DNA of 39,062 nucleotides from the IMG/VR virus record IMGVR_UViG_2698536355_000010; one strand, 5' to 3'. How positions within the stretch are numbered: position 1 is the first letter of the stretch; every line of letters begins with the position of its first letter. The position numbers and the translations under genes were made by a program. The DNA is from a virus (taxonomy: Duplodnaviria; Heunggongvirae; Uroviricota; Caudoviricetes). This document shows, one piece after another, positions 28,609 through 38,009 of the stretch. The notes under the pieces were generated by a model, which worked only from the letters and a program-made list of their open reading frames with translations, did not search any database and was not told the origin of the DNA.

Positions 28609-28647
28609 TGCCCGCTTTATGTAGTGGTTTTCATGCACCTGCATGAC

Positions 28648-28676
28648 ATAAGCAAAAGCCCGCCAGCTCTGGCGGG
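28648..28676 (-). terminator. rho-independent terminator downstream of HNH gene
   Basis: Stem gcccgccag/ctggcgggc (28657..28676) followed on minus strand by TTTTGCTT. Confidence 0.5.
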
Positions 28677-28790
28677 CATCAGCAAAAACGATCCTCAAAC
28701 GATCATGCGATTTCATGCGACATAGACATGCGTTGGCAAAAATGTACGAAATACTCAGCTTACAGGAAATGGTCTTTTTCCAACCTCCAG

Positions 28791-29510
28791 TTAGCCAAAG
28801 CAGAAACCAATATTGCAATTTGAAACTCCACAGTTGTGAAATTGATGTGGACCGACTCTTAGCTTGTGTTCGTCTCCTACAATCCGAGTCCCCTTAACCA
28901 ACATATCTAATCTTTCCACAATCAATCTTTCAGGCGCATCAACTTTAATAATTAAACGAGGACCTTTCCTTTTTTCTATAATAGTTATTCTAGGACCAAC
29001 AACCTGAACATCCCAATGCCTTGCACTACAAACCCACTCATTCTTAATTAATTCAAGATTAACAATACCTTGACTATCGTAAAATTTACCCGAAATAAGA
29101 AAAGCATTATTTTCTTTTTCAATGGTTAACAATGGCTCATTTTGAAACATTATTGGTACAGTACAGGATTCAAACGTCGCACCACCAAATATTATTGTTG
29201 GATGCCTATCAGAAAAGTCCAATATATCGGCCACATTCCCTTTTTGTAAGGCTGCAGGAGATTCCATTGCTTTAATTATTTTCTCTTTAGAGTAAAGACG
29301 TTTCGTTACTTTCGCATGGCACGTAGGACAAAGTAGTGCTATTGCATTTGGAGAGTGCTCCTTTGCATCAGCGTATGTGGGAATTACATGCTCATACTCA
29401 ACAATGGGAGAAGCACAAACAACGCAACCAAAGCCACAGCGCTGCCTTACCTCCAGTTTTACAGGTTCAGGAATTGTTCTAGATAACCCATGCTTGTTAA
29501 TAGTTGTCAT
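28791..29510 (-). CDS. HNH-endonuclease-domain protein
   Basis: N-terminal CGFGCVVC...EYEHVIP...N...LLCPTCH (HNH pattern); C-terminal 160 aa unassigned; AT-rich; AAGGTAAGG before ATG. Confidence 0.7.
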   Translation of the reverse strand: MTTINKHGLSRTIPEPVKLEVRQRCGFGCVVCASPIVEYEHVIPTYADAKEHSPNAIALLCPTCHAKVTKRLYSKEKIIKAMESPAALQKGNVADILDFSDRHPTIIFGGATFESCTVPIMFQNEPLLTIEKENNAFLISGKFYDSQGIVNLELIKNEWVCSARHWDVQVVGPRITIIEKRKGPRLIIKVDAPERLIVERLDMLVKGTRIVGDEHKLRVGPHQFHNCGVSNCNIGFCFG

Positions 29511-29632
29511 AACCTTACCTTAAAACTTCGAGAAACCTTTTATATATTGATACTATATCAACTAACGCCTCGCACAGCTCGTTGTTCAACCTTGCTGACG
29601 CCAGAAGCAAGTTCAGACGCCAGCAACGTTTC

Positions 29633-29866
29633 TTAATGCAGCCAGCTGTCGTCTTCCCACACCTTCTGCATAATTTTCATCACTTGCTTCCTTTCTTCGT
29701 CCAGTTGCAGTCCGGTCAGTTCCACACCGTTAGAGCTACCTTTGCGGATACGAATTACCGTTTTGGGATACAGGGGGCGCAGATTACGGTAAAGCTCGGA
29801 TTCAAGGGCGTCTAGGGTAGACTGGCTAATCTTCTGCTCTTTATCGATCATTATTTCAATGCGCAT
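29633..29866 (-). CDS. DinI-like protein
   Basis: MRIEIMIDKEQKISQSTLDALESELYRNL...WEDDSW resembles DinI (MRIEVTIAK...ALAGEL...TWESADDW); GAGGTGA 6 nt upstream of ATG 29866. Confidence 0.7.
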   Translation of the reverse strand: MRIEIMIDKEQKISQSTLDALESELYRNLRPLYPKTVIRIRKGSSNGVELTGLQLDEERKQVMKIMQKVWEDDSWLH

Positions 29867-29876
29867 AAAAGTCACC

Positions 29877-30065
29877 TCAACTGATGACATCCATTGAGCG
29901 GTTGTATTCGTGGGTTCTGATTTTTGCCATGAGTTCATCTGTTAGTTCAGAAACCCACTGCAAAGCCAGCCCCTTCTCTTCATCACTACACTCACTAGCC
30001 GCTACAAGCTTAAGAAAAAAATCAATGCGCTGGAGCTTCAAAGACTCCAAAAAATAGTCCTGCAT
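29877..30065 (-). CDS. small hypothetical protein, first gene of SOS-box operon
   Basis: 62 aa from ATG 30065 with AGGAGG 4 nt upstream; stop lies inside the dinI-like RBS. Confidence 0.5.
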   Translation of the reverse strand: MQDYFLESLKLQRIDFFLKLVAASECSDEEKGLALQWVSELTDELMAKIRTHEYNRSMDVIS

Positions 30066-30108
30066 CTTTCCTCCTATGACACCACAAGAAATACTGTATA
30101 CATAACCA

Positions 30109-30124
30109 CTGTTTATAATTACAG
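30109..30124 (-). promoter_or_regulatory. LexA (SOS) box
   Basis: aCTGTttataattACAGta, a CTGT-N8-ACAG palindrome with AT-rich spacer, about 45 bp upstream of the small gene start. Confidence 0.6.
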
Positions 30125-30218
30125 TATATAATAATCTTACTGATGTAAAACGTTTTTTTACGTTCATCAGCCTGATATGCCTGGTATTATTAAGAGCACG
30201 GATTGTTAACCCGCGTGA

Positions 30219-32633
30219 TTAATACAGGTTCCGCCACTTATCATCTTCCTGCAAACGCTGGTTCCGATAGAAGATACGCAGGCCTGCTCCTGACGGAATA
30301 CTGCCACCGCGAAGGAGCAAATCGACCTCTTTCTCGCTGCCATCAAATCCTCTGGACTTCAGTTCATAGACGAGCTGCTGACGCTGATACTCTGTAATTC
30401 GCTGTTTGTAGTCTTTACGCCGTTTCGGTTTAACCAGGCGTAATCTTGCTGCCAGTTCCCGGCGCTCTTTTTTGCTCATACTGTGCAGGTAATCGTGCAA
30501 CTCCTTGTCATCCATGCGGGTGATATCCGTTCTGGTATCCCCATCAGCTGATTTGTCTTTCCCTTGTTGGTTCAAATTTTCAGCAAGGGGACAGTTATTG
30601 CCACGAGTCCAAGGGGCGCAAGCGCCCTGGTCGGCTGCCGCCTCCTGAACGTCAACGGCTTTACGAACCATTTTCCACTTCACTGCATGAGTGCAGATCT
30701 TGCCCTCTGCAATGGGTGACCAGATGCCATAAATACGAATGCCGTGATCGCCATAGGCGGTCGGCTCTTCGTTGATTTCATAAGCGGTTCTGATGAGGTG
30801 ATATTTACGGGGAACCAGTACGCCGCCCTGCTTCATGATGTAGGTGGCAAAACAACCAGCATCAGCAGCAGCCAGAATGGCATCAAGGCGCGGGTTATCC
30901 AGTACCGGCGCACCTGCTTTTTTGTCACCCTGTTGCCTTGCCGCCTGACCAGCCAGCAAGCGAAGTTCACGGTAAGCCTGACGCCCCGGAATACCAAAGA
31001 AGCGGAATTGCTGAACACGATGCAGAGACGCCCAGGCATTCACGTATTCAGCGTTATCACGCAGAGATTTACCCGTTTCCTTGCTGATCTCGCCAGCCAG
31101 ACCACGACCGTCAATGTTCTTACTGATATATTTCGCGATGTAGCTTGTCGGCGTTCCTTTGCGCGGGTTAATCAACTCAGACTTAAAGCGCGGCCCAGTG
31201 TTATTGCCCAGCTCCTCGCGGTCTTCACGGATGGCAAACTTACGCAGTAATGCAGTGATGGCACGGCGGTCTTTTTTGCGCATGAAACACAACAGGTGCC
31301 AGTGAACTGTGCCATCATGATGCGGCTCAGCCACCCGCACGCCATACCAGCGCAACCCGGCTTTGTGCATCGCCTTACGAAATGCAGCAAACATGCCGAC
31401 CAGATAATCGCTGCTTTGTCTTACCGTCGCGTTTGTCCAGGTCGGGTTTGGTCTGCCGTTATTTAGCGTGGAATGGAAACGCGACGGACAGGTGATAGTG
31501 TAGAAAACGGCGCAGTCACCGCGCATTTCCGCGATAAGCTCCAGACCTTTAACACAGGCCATCATCTCATTGCGGCGATGCGCAGGGTTGCTGCTGCTGG
31601 CGTTTACCACATCCTCCATGTCCAGCGTGTCGCCGTCTTCGTTCACCAGTTCATGAGAACGGAAAAACTCCAGCGACTTACGGCGCTGCTCACGTTTATG
31701 CATCACGGCTTCATAGCTGACATAAGGAGATGCTTTTTTGCTGACCAGGCAAACAGCGCGCAACTGCTCTTCCCGCCATTCGCAACGCATCTTCCATAAT
31801 TTCCGATACCACCAGTCGGCGCACAACATACGCGCCAGCGAACCCGGAATGAGTTCATAGGGCACGGGTTTACGGCGGTTTCTTTTCCGGCGGAGTTGCT
31901 CAAACGCAGGTGGGATGACATCCAGACGCAGGGTTTCCGCTGCCACCTTTTCCCATGTCTTGCGGATTTCTTCTGGCTTAACGTCATCGGTGGCATACAA
32001 ATCACCACAAGCTGCATCAAGGCACATACTCATATGCGCAGCTACCAGGGTGGACAGGCGTTTCACCTGATCCTGACTCATTTCAGGCAGGATCAGCAGG
32101 CCGTCCAGCCCTTCATGGCTTGCCATAAAGCGAAAAGATGCAGATAGCTGACTGTCGCGTACATGCTCCAGTCGTTCCAGACATGGCTTAATCGTCTCAC
32201 GTAAATAGCGGGAATAAGCCTTTGGCCTGCCCAGGCTGCTGAAGTATTCAATACGTTGCATCAGCGGCTTGCTGATATGGGAAGGCTGGGCGTTGACGTC
32301 CGCCAGAATGACCATGTCTGAATTAAAACGCTGCTGCTCATGCGCCAGCTTTGCCCGGCTAATGAGCTTATCCTGCTCCATTTCGCGCTGGACAGGATCA
32401 CGTGATTCATTAAAGAAATAACGCTCCCAGACCTGATCACTCAGTGCCTCGCGGCGCAACTGTTCCTGCTCGTTATCGGCAGCGTACAGAGTGATCAGGT
32501 TTGAAAGCGTAGAAACCGGCGCAACTTCCGCCGGGTCCAGATAAGGGTTAATGGCCTTTTTCGGGCTGTTCCATGAGAATGCTGCGGCAGCCTCGTTAAA
32601 GCCGCAGCAGTTGTTCATATCGGCATGACTCAT
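30219..32633 (-). CDS. A: replication initiation endonuclease A (rolling-circle)
   Basis: 804-aa ORF, P2/186 gpA-like size and position. Confidence 0.85.
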   Translation of the reverse strand: MSHADMNNCCGFNEAAAAFSWNSPKKAINPYLDPAEVAPVSTLSNLITLYAADNEQEQLRREALSDQVWERYFFNESRDPVQREMEQDKLISRAKLAHEQQRFNSDMVILADVNAQPSHISKPLMQRIEYFSSLGRPKAYSRYLRETIKPCLERLEHVRDSQLSASFRFMASHEGLDGLLILPEMSQDQVKRLSTLVAAHMSMCLDAACGDLYATDDVKPEEIRKTWEKVAAETLRLDVIPPAFEQLRRKRNRRKPVPYELIPGSLARMLCADWWYRKLWKMRCEWREEQLRAVCLVSKKASPYVSYEAVMHKREQRRKSLEFFRSHELVNEDGDTLDMEDVVNASSSNPAHRRNEMMACVKGLELIAEMRGDCAVFYTITCPSRFHSTLNNGRPNPTWTNATVRQSSDYLVGMFAAFRKAMHKAGLRWYGVRVAEPHHDGTVHWHLLCFMRKKDRRAITALLRKFAIREDREELGNNTGPRFKSELINPRKGTPTSYIAKYISKNIDGRGLAGEISKETGKSLRDNAEYVNAWASLHRVQQFRFFGIPGRQAYRELRLLAGQAARQQGDKKAGAPVLDNPRLDAILAAADAGCFATYIMKQGGVLVPRKYHLIRTAYEINEEPTAYGDHGIRIYGIWSPIAEGKICTHAVKWKMVRKAVDVQEAAADQGACAPWTRGNNCPLAENLNQQGKDKSADGDTRTDITRMDDKELHDYLHSMSKKERRELAARLRLVKPKRRKDYKQRITEYQRQQLVYELKSRGFDGSEKEVDLLLRGGSIPSGAGLRIFYRNQRLQEDDKWRNLY

Positions 32634-33487
32634 GCACGTACTCCGTACACGGCAGAACTATCCACGCCACGCGAATAATCAAATCCCATCCAGCAGCGCG
32701 GCCCGGAAACAGCAATGATTTCTGTTGCTGATTTACCCTCGCCAGCTGCCACACCGATGCTGCGTTTTACCTTGATATAGTGGTGAGTAAAATTGCGATA
32801 CAGCGAACGGATCAGGGATGTGTCACTGTTAGAAACAATGACCGGATGTCCTTCTGATGACCGATGTTCAAGAACGGATGCCAGGTGATACTGGTCATCT
32901 TCAGTGAAACCATCAGTGTGATAGCCGGAAAACGTACCGTCATATGGCGGATCGCAATACACCACATCTCCCGCCTTCAACATCGCCAGCGTTTCATCAA
33001 AGCTGGCGCAGATAAACGTTGCTCGCTGGGCTTTTTCTGCAAATGTGCGAAGTTCTTTTTCAGGGAAATACGGATTTTTATAATTACCGTAGGGAATGTT
33101 GAAATGCCCGCTCTTGTTATAGCGACATAAACCACGGTAACCGTGACGATTGAGATACAGGAAATATACCGCTTTCATGAAATCAGTAATTTCAGTTGAG
33201 CAGTTAAACTCCTGCCTTATGTTGTAATAAGCCACCTCCCTGTTTGCGATCTCAAATAAAACTCTGGCGCGAGATATAAACGATTCACAATCAGCGACAA
33301 CCTTTTTATAGAGGTTGATTAAATCAGGATTAATATCCGCAACCAGATAGCTGGGATAATCCGTTTCCATCATCACAGCACAGGAACCCGCGAAAGGTTC
33401 AACCAGTCGCGGGCCAGCAGGAAGGTATTTTTTCAGTTCTGGCATAATGGCGGTTTTATTTCCCGCCCATTTCAGGATGGTGCTCAT
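32630..33487 (-). CDS. dam: DNA adenine methyltransferase (Dam-like)
   Basis: [14 protein letters not shown] and DPPY motifs; start set at ATG 33487 ([11 protein letters not shown]). Confidence 0.85.
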   Translation of the reverse strand: MSTILKWAGNKTAIMPELKKYLPAGPRLVEPFAGSCAVMMETDYPSYLVADINPDLINLYKKVVADCESFISRARVLFEIANREVAYYNIRQEFNCSTEITDFMKAVYFLYLNRHGYRGLCRYNKSGHFNIPYGNYKNPYFPEKELRTFAEKAQRATFICASFDETLAMLKAGDVVYCDPPYDGTFSGYHTDGFTEDDQYHLASVLEHRSSEGHPVIVSNSDTSLIRSLYRNFTHHYIKVKRSIGVAAGEGKSATEIIAVSGPRCWMGFDYSRGVDSSAVYGVRA

Positions 33488-33711
33488 ACAGCACCTCCGT
33501 TGTAATGTTTGCCTTTCAGTTCTGCGATTTCCTGACAGGTAATGCAAAGCTGCACTCCCGGAATGGCGCGGCGTCGTGCTGGCGGAATTGGCGCTTCACA
33601 TTCAATGCAAAGTACGCGTGACACGCCCGGTGATTTGGCACGGGCTGCACGGATATGGCGCTGGCGTTCTTCTTCAACGCGCTGCTGTACGAGATCCATT
33701 GCATCAGCCAT
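33484..33711 (-). CDS. TraR/DksA-family C4 zinc-finger protein
   Basis: 75 aa with CIEC...(17)...CITC four-Cys pattern. Confidence 0.7.
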   Translation of the reverse strand: MADAMDLVQQRVEEERQRHIRAARAKSPGVSRVLCIECEAPIPPARRRAIPGVQLCITCQEIAELKGKHYNGGAV

Positions 33712-33950
33712 TAGTGGATCTCCTGCGCTTCGTTCTGGATTGCTTCAGCAGTCACGCGCAGCAGTTCTGCCGCTTCCACGTGGTTTAGCTGGCGGGATGA
33801 GATATGACACGCCAGGCTATCAAGGCGAGCAGCCATTGCTTCAGCCCTTGCCCGGCGTTCTTCCAGACGAGCCTCTGTCAGTAAAATATTAAGCCCTGCG
33901 TCATCCGGTCCGGTTTTAGTCGTGAGGGTTTCAATATTACGCATAATCAA
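33711..33950 (-). CDS. hypothetical early protein
   Basis: 79-aa ORF in early operon, no motif recognised. Confidence 0.45.
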   Translation of the reverse strand: MIMRNIETLTTKTGPDDAGLNILLTEARLEERRARAEAMAARLDSLACHISSRQLNHVEAAELLRVTAEAIQNEAQEIH

Positions 33951-34011
33951 TTCTCCTGAATTTAGATAAAGGGATGCCCGGCGGGTTCACGCCATTAATT
34001 TCATTAGTTGG

Positions 34012-34353
34012 TTAATTCGGCATGGTTAGCCGTCTGGGAAATAAGCTCACCACTGCACGAAAATGATTCATTGCTTTAATCAGCTCCCGCTTTTCGTCAG
34101 TGGTCAGCTCATTAATGCTGATGCTATGACGTTCAGCTGGAATTTTTGCCATAAAGAATATGGCAGCCAGTGCCCGTTTATTTTGTTCATTATTGATATC
34201 CCGTGGATCACGCATATCTTTAATAAACCGCTCAAGCTCTGACTCAATATTCAGGCCAAAAACTTTCGCCCTTAACTCCGCAATGTGATTAAGTCCATTC
34301 AGGCGTTCACCGGGGCTTAATGGAACAGTTGCTGCAGCGCCATTAATTGCCAT
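34012..34353 (-). CDS. hypothetical early protein
   Basis: 113-aa ORF in early operon, no motif recognised. Confidence 0.45.
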   Translation of the reverse strand: MAINGAAATVPLSPGERLNGLNHIAELRAKVFGLNIESELERFIKDMRDPRDINNEQNKRALAAIFFMAKIPAERHSISINELTTDEKRELIKAMNHFRAVVSLFPRRLTMPN

Positions 34354-34375
34354 ACTTCATATCCCCCAAACGCAG

Positions 34376-34600
34376 CTATCGTTCTTTGTTCTTACGGTAA
34401 CGCTCAAGAGGAGATACATTTTTTCGTATCGTCTCTTTAACCTGCTCTCCCCGTAAAAACGTCCCATCCTTTAACGTGAAAAAGTAACTGCCATCGCCCG
34501 ACAATGACGGATAGCAACAGAGCAAATCATCTTCAGGTACTGAATAACTCTCCCCTCTGTAACGAAACTGATAAACCACTTCACTTTCTGCCGCATACAT
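34376..34600 (-). CDS. hypothetical early protein
   Basis: 74-aa ORF with ATG and GGAG upstream; overlaps the next ORF by 130 bp. Confidence 0.4.
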   Translation of the reverse strand: MYAAESEVVYQFRYRGESYSVPEDDLLCCYPSLSGDGSYFFTLKDGTFLRGEQVKETIRKNVSPLERYRKNKER

Positions 34601-34767
34601 TTGGACTTTCTCCGTTTCCTCGTGGTCAATTCAGACAGCAATTCATCTTGTGAATGACATGGATGCCAGCGTTTTCCATCCTCACCCGTGATCCAGCCGT
34701 GACCGTAGTGCATTGCCGGGCTTTGTTTTACCAGCAGCGATGCAAATGATGGTTCTTTCGTCAGCAT
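34471..34767 (-). CDS. hypothetical early protein (3' part likely out of frame)
   Basis: 98 aa from ATG 34767; first about 47 aa protein-like, remainder K/R/C-rich and overlapping the 74-aa ORF. Confidence 0.3.
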   Translation of the reverse strand: MLTKEPSFASLLVKQSPAMHYGHGWITGEDGKRWHPCHSQDELLSELTTRKRRKSKCMRQKVKWFISFVTEGRVIQYLKMICSVAIRHCRAMAVTFSR

Positions 34768-34774
34768 AAACACC

Positions 34775-35284
34775 TCACAGCAAACCGAATGAAGCACCAA
34801 GGCCAGTCATGGTATCAACTGCACTCGCCATCGCAGGATTAGCCTGTAAACGGGCTTGCAATGAAACAGCAGCCAGCGCCATCAGTCGTGTTACAGAGTT
34901 AATGCTGCTGATAGCATCACGACGACCGGCACTAGTTTTTACATCACCAGATACCGCACCTGCTGCAACACGCCCGATCTCTGCAGTTGCGCTCATGACG
35001 TAATGCGGCAGTTTCTCTTTTGCTACCTCATTAATCGGTACACATGGCAGACAATGAATCTGTGCCAGAAAACCATCTACCAACGTTGAATCTTCAGTCA
35101 GATCGGTAAGCAGCCAGATTTCTGGTGCGGTTAATAAATGAGGTTGAGCTGGGTTCAGCTTGTTCCGCAGAATCTGCACATTCATGCCCGCACGTTCTGC
35201 CAGTTGCACCAGATTGTGGCGCAGTGCGAATGCACGACAGGCTTCATCAAAATGTGGATGTTTGGAAACTTGGTAATCAAACAT
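34775..35284 (-). CDS. cII: CII-like lysogeny-establishment transcriptional activator (phage 186 type)
   Basis: 169 aa from ATG 35284 ([19 protein letters not shown]...); matches remembered 186 CII in length and sequence blocks. Confidence 0.8.
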   Translation of the reverse strand: MFDYQVSKHPHFDEACRAFALRHNLVQLAERAGMNVQILRNKLNPAQPHLLTAPEIWLLTDLTEDSTLVDGFLAQIHCLPCVPINEVAKEKLPHYVMSATAEIGRVAAGAVSGDVKTSAGRRDAISSINSVTRLMALAAVSLQARLQANPAMASAVDTMTGLGASFGLL

Positions 35285-35316
35285 GGTCGACACCTCTGAT
35301 GTATCCCAAAATGGAA

Positions 35317-35538
35317 CTAGTTGAATACAACATTGCAATCAGTAAGTGCATCAACGGTAAGAGCAGCAAGGTTGATCATTACCTTTTCTCTTTTCTTGTC
35401 TTTACGAAGACGATGCCGAGGAATGCGACCATCCGCCAACATATCGTTGATTGTGTCGATTGAAAGACCAGTAAGTTCGCTATAACGCTCGATTGTGACG
35501 TGTGGCGTATTCAGAGTTATTGAAATGTTAGGGGTCAT
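35317..35538 (-). CDS. apl: Apl/Cox-like excisionase and lytic-switch repressor
   Basis: 73 aa from ATG 35538, HTH-like ([22 protein letters not shown]), immediately upstream of cII and divergent from cI. Confidence 0.65.
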   Translation of the reverse strand: MTPNISITLNTPHVTIERYSELTGLSIDTINDMLADGRIPRHRLRKDKKREKVMINLAALTVDALTDCNVVFN

Positions 35539-35588
35539 GATGCAACATCTCCTATTGGCTTGTGGTGAGCCTGTAGTAATCGTGACAA

Positions 35589-35604
35589 GTACCCAATTGG
35601 GTAC
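35589..35604. promoter_or_regulatory. perfect 16-bp palindrome in the cI/apl switch region (candidate operator)
   Basis: gtacccaattgggtac in the 95-bp region between the divergent apl and cI starts. Confidence 0.45.
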
Positions 35605-35633
35605 AAAACTGATACTAGGATCGCAAAAGAGAT

Positions 35634-36230
35634 ATGTCAACATCAAAGTACCCAAGTGAGATCAAAATAAATCCCAATAAAGGTGGTAAGGCTGCGATTG
35701 AGCGATTAGTCGAAGCCTATGGCTTTACGACACGACAGGCTTTAGCTGATCACTTGGAAGTATCAAAAAGCACACTAGCGAACAGGTATTTGCGGGATAC
35801 ATTTCCTGCTGACTGGATAATCCAATGTGCTCTTGAAACAGGAACCTCCCTCAAATGGTTAACTACCGGACAAGGCCTTAAGCAAAGCTCGCTGACAGCA
35901 GCTACAGAAGAGCTTGTTAAGTTTCGCCTTGCCGCAGGCAAAATGATTGAAGACGGTTCATATGTCTTCGATTCATCATTTCTTCCTGCAAACCTTTCAT
36001 CACCAATTGTTGTTCAGGATGGACTCGTCACATACATTTGTGATCAAAAATTTTCTGAAGTACTTGATGGAAACTGGTTAATCAATATCGACGGAACCTA
36101 TTCCATTCGAAAAATCACAAGGCTTCCTAAAGGAAGGATTAAAATTACAACAGCAGAGAATAGCTTTGAATGTGCATTTTCTGATATTGAAGTGGTTGCT
36201 TGTATAAGAAGTACAATAGTCTCGAATTAA
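35634..36230 (+). CDS. cI: CI immunity repressor (phage 186 type)
   Basis: 198-aa ORF with N-terminal HTH (TTRQALADHLEVSKSTLANR); divergent from apl. Confidence 0.8.
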   Translation: MSTSKYPSEIKINPNKGGKAAIERLVEAYGFTTRQALADHLEVSKSTLANRYLRDTFPADWIIQCALETGTSLKWLTTGQGLKQSSLTAATEELVKFRLAAGKMIEDGSYVFDSSFLPANLSSPIVVQDGLVTYICDQKFSEVLDGNWLINIDGTYSIRKITRLPKGRIKITTAENSFECAFSDIEVVACIRSTIVSN

Positions 36231-36250
36231 TATAGTAAAAGGATTTTAAA

Positions 36251-37927
36251 ATGAATTCATTTGCCATCGTTATACTCTTATTAGCATTTCTCGCCCCTGT
36301 TCTAGCTGTAATATTATTTAAACAAAGTAAAAAACACAAAGCGGCTATAGATAACCTGACAGCTAACAACATAGCCCTTTCTAACCAACTGATTGAAAAT
36401 CAAGAAAAACTAGCACAGACCGTACGAGAATTATCAGAGCTTGAAGGGCGAGCAGCACCATTGTGGCAATACGAAGAATTGCACAGCGCAGTAATGGATG
36501 CAGAGAATAAGATAAAAAATGCGGACTCAATAGCCAAGCAAAAAATAGATGAAGCCCAAATTAAGGCGGCTAAAACAGTAAACGAAGCAAATTATCAAGC
36601 TCAGATGACAATAAGCAACGCTAATAGCGAAGCTATAGCAATCACCAAAGACGCTCGCGATGCACGCCTGAAAGCCAAAGAACGTCTTGATAATGCTAAT
36701 AATAAAGCAAATGAGCTAATCTCAAATGCTAATGACAATGCAGTAAAAATTATTTCTGATGCAGAAGAAAGAGCAAAGGAGATTGCTGGTTCAGCATATG
36801 AAGCTAAAGAGTTTGCAGAAAAATATGAAGCAGTTGCAAAATCAATGAAAAATAAAATTGAAGGTTATGGTGATGAATGGATCATCCCTAACCGTAGTGT
36901 ACTTGATGAGCTGGCAGAAAATTATGAATTTACAGATGCAGGCAAGGAATTACAAAAAGCCAGAGAGTTAACCAAATCATTAATAAAAACTAATAAAGCT
37001 GCTTCGTGTGATTATGTTGAGCAAAACAGGCGTAATACTGCCATAAACTTTGTTTTGGATGCCTTCAATGGAAGAGTTGACAGTATTTTATCAAAAGTCA
37101 AACACAACAATTTTGGAAAACTTTCCCAAGAAATAAAAGATGCATTTCAACTAGTAAATTACAATGGCTCTGCCTTTAGGTCCGCAAAAATAAGTGACAT
37201 CTATCTTCAGGCAAGACTCAACGAGCTAAAATGGGGTGTAGCAGTTAATGAAATTATGCTCGAAGAAAAAGAAGAGCAAAGAAGGATTAAAGAACAGCTT
37301 CGTGAAGAGGAAAGAGCTCGTAGAGAATATGAAAAAGCGATAAAAGAAGCTGAAAAAGAAGAAAAAGCTATTCAGCAAGCTATAAATAAAGCAACGAAAG
37401 AACTTATGCTTGCAAATGAAGAACAACGCTTAGCTTTAGAGCAAAAAATAGCTGAACTACAGTTAAAATATGAAGAAGCTGAAGCTAAAAATCAACGAGC
37501 TATTTCTATGGCTCAACAAACCAGATCAGGCCACGTCTATATCATTAGTAATATTGGTTCATTTGGCGAAGATGTATATAAAATTGGAATGACACGCCGC
37601 CTTGAACCACTTGATCGTGTTCGTGAACTCGGAGATGCTAGTGTTCCTTTTTCGTTCGATGTTCATGCGATGATTTATAGTGATGATGCACCATCATTAG
37701 AAAACCATCTGCATAAAGTTTTCAACGAAAAGCAGGTCAATAAAATTAACTCACGAAAAGAGTTTTTTAACGTAAATTTAAAAGAAATCAAATCAGTTAT
37801 TGAAGACATGAACATCAACGCCCACTGGACAATGTTTGCAGAGGCGAAAGAATATAGAGAGTCTCTAGCTATTGAGCAGGAGCGCAAAGCAGCCACTTCC
37901 GCCAACGATGAACTACATGTTGCTTAG
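36251..37927 (+). CDS. membrane-anchored coiled-coil protein with C-terminal T5orf172/GIY-YIG-like domain
   Basis: N-terminal TM helix (FAIVILLLAFLAPVLAVILF), roughly 400 aa A/E/K/N-rich coiled coil, C-terminus VYIISNIGSFGEDVYKIGMTRR...PFSFDV...LENHLHKVF...EFF; AT-rich; AGGA before ATG. Confidence 0.75.
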   Translation: MNSFAIVILLLAFLAPVLAVILFKQSKKHKAAIDNLTANNIALSNQLIENQEKLAQTVRELSELEGRAAPLWQYEELHSAVMDAENKIKNADSIAKQKIDEAQIKAAKTVNEANYQAQMTISNANSEAIAITKDARDARLKAKERLDNANNKANELISNANDNAVKIISDAEERAKEIAGSAYEAKEFAEKYEAVAKSMKNKIEGYGDEWIIPNRSVLDELAENYEFTDAGKELQKARELTKSLIKTNKAASCDYVEQNRRNTAINFVLDAFNGRVDSILSKVKHNNFGKLSQEIKDAFQLVNYNGSAFRSAKISDIYLQARLNELKWGVAVNEIMLEEKEEQRRIKEQLREEERARREYEKAIKEAEKEEKAIQQAINKATKELMLANEEQRLALEQKIAELQLKYEEAEAKNQRAISMAQQTRSGHVYIISNIGSFGEDVYKIGMTRRLEPLDRVRELGDASVPFSFDVHAMIYSDDAPSLENHLHKVFNEKQVNKINSRKEFFNVNLKEIKSVIEDMNINAHWTMFAEAKEYRESLAIEQERKAATSANDELHVA

Positions 37928-37985
37928 CAATGTATGTTTCATAGTAATCACACATTGATTACTGGTTACATATACAGTTAAATTT

Positions 37986-38009
37986 AGCCCTCTGATATGA
38001 GGGCTTTTT
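37986..38009 (+). terminator. hairpin terminator abutting the int start
   Basis: agccctc-tgatat-gagggct followed by tttt, ending 1 nt before the int ATG; the stem contains the only SD-like sequence (GAGGG) for int. Confidence 0.5.

Noticed and set aside
28576-28818. 80-aa minus-strand ORF spanning the cos region
   Set aside because: Overlaps the cos-like site, the terminator hairpin and the HNH 3' end; no RBS; likely non-coding.
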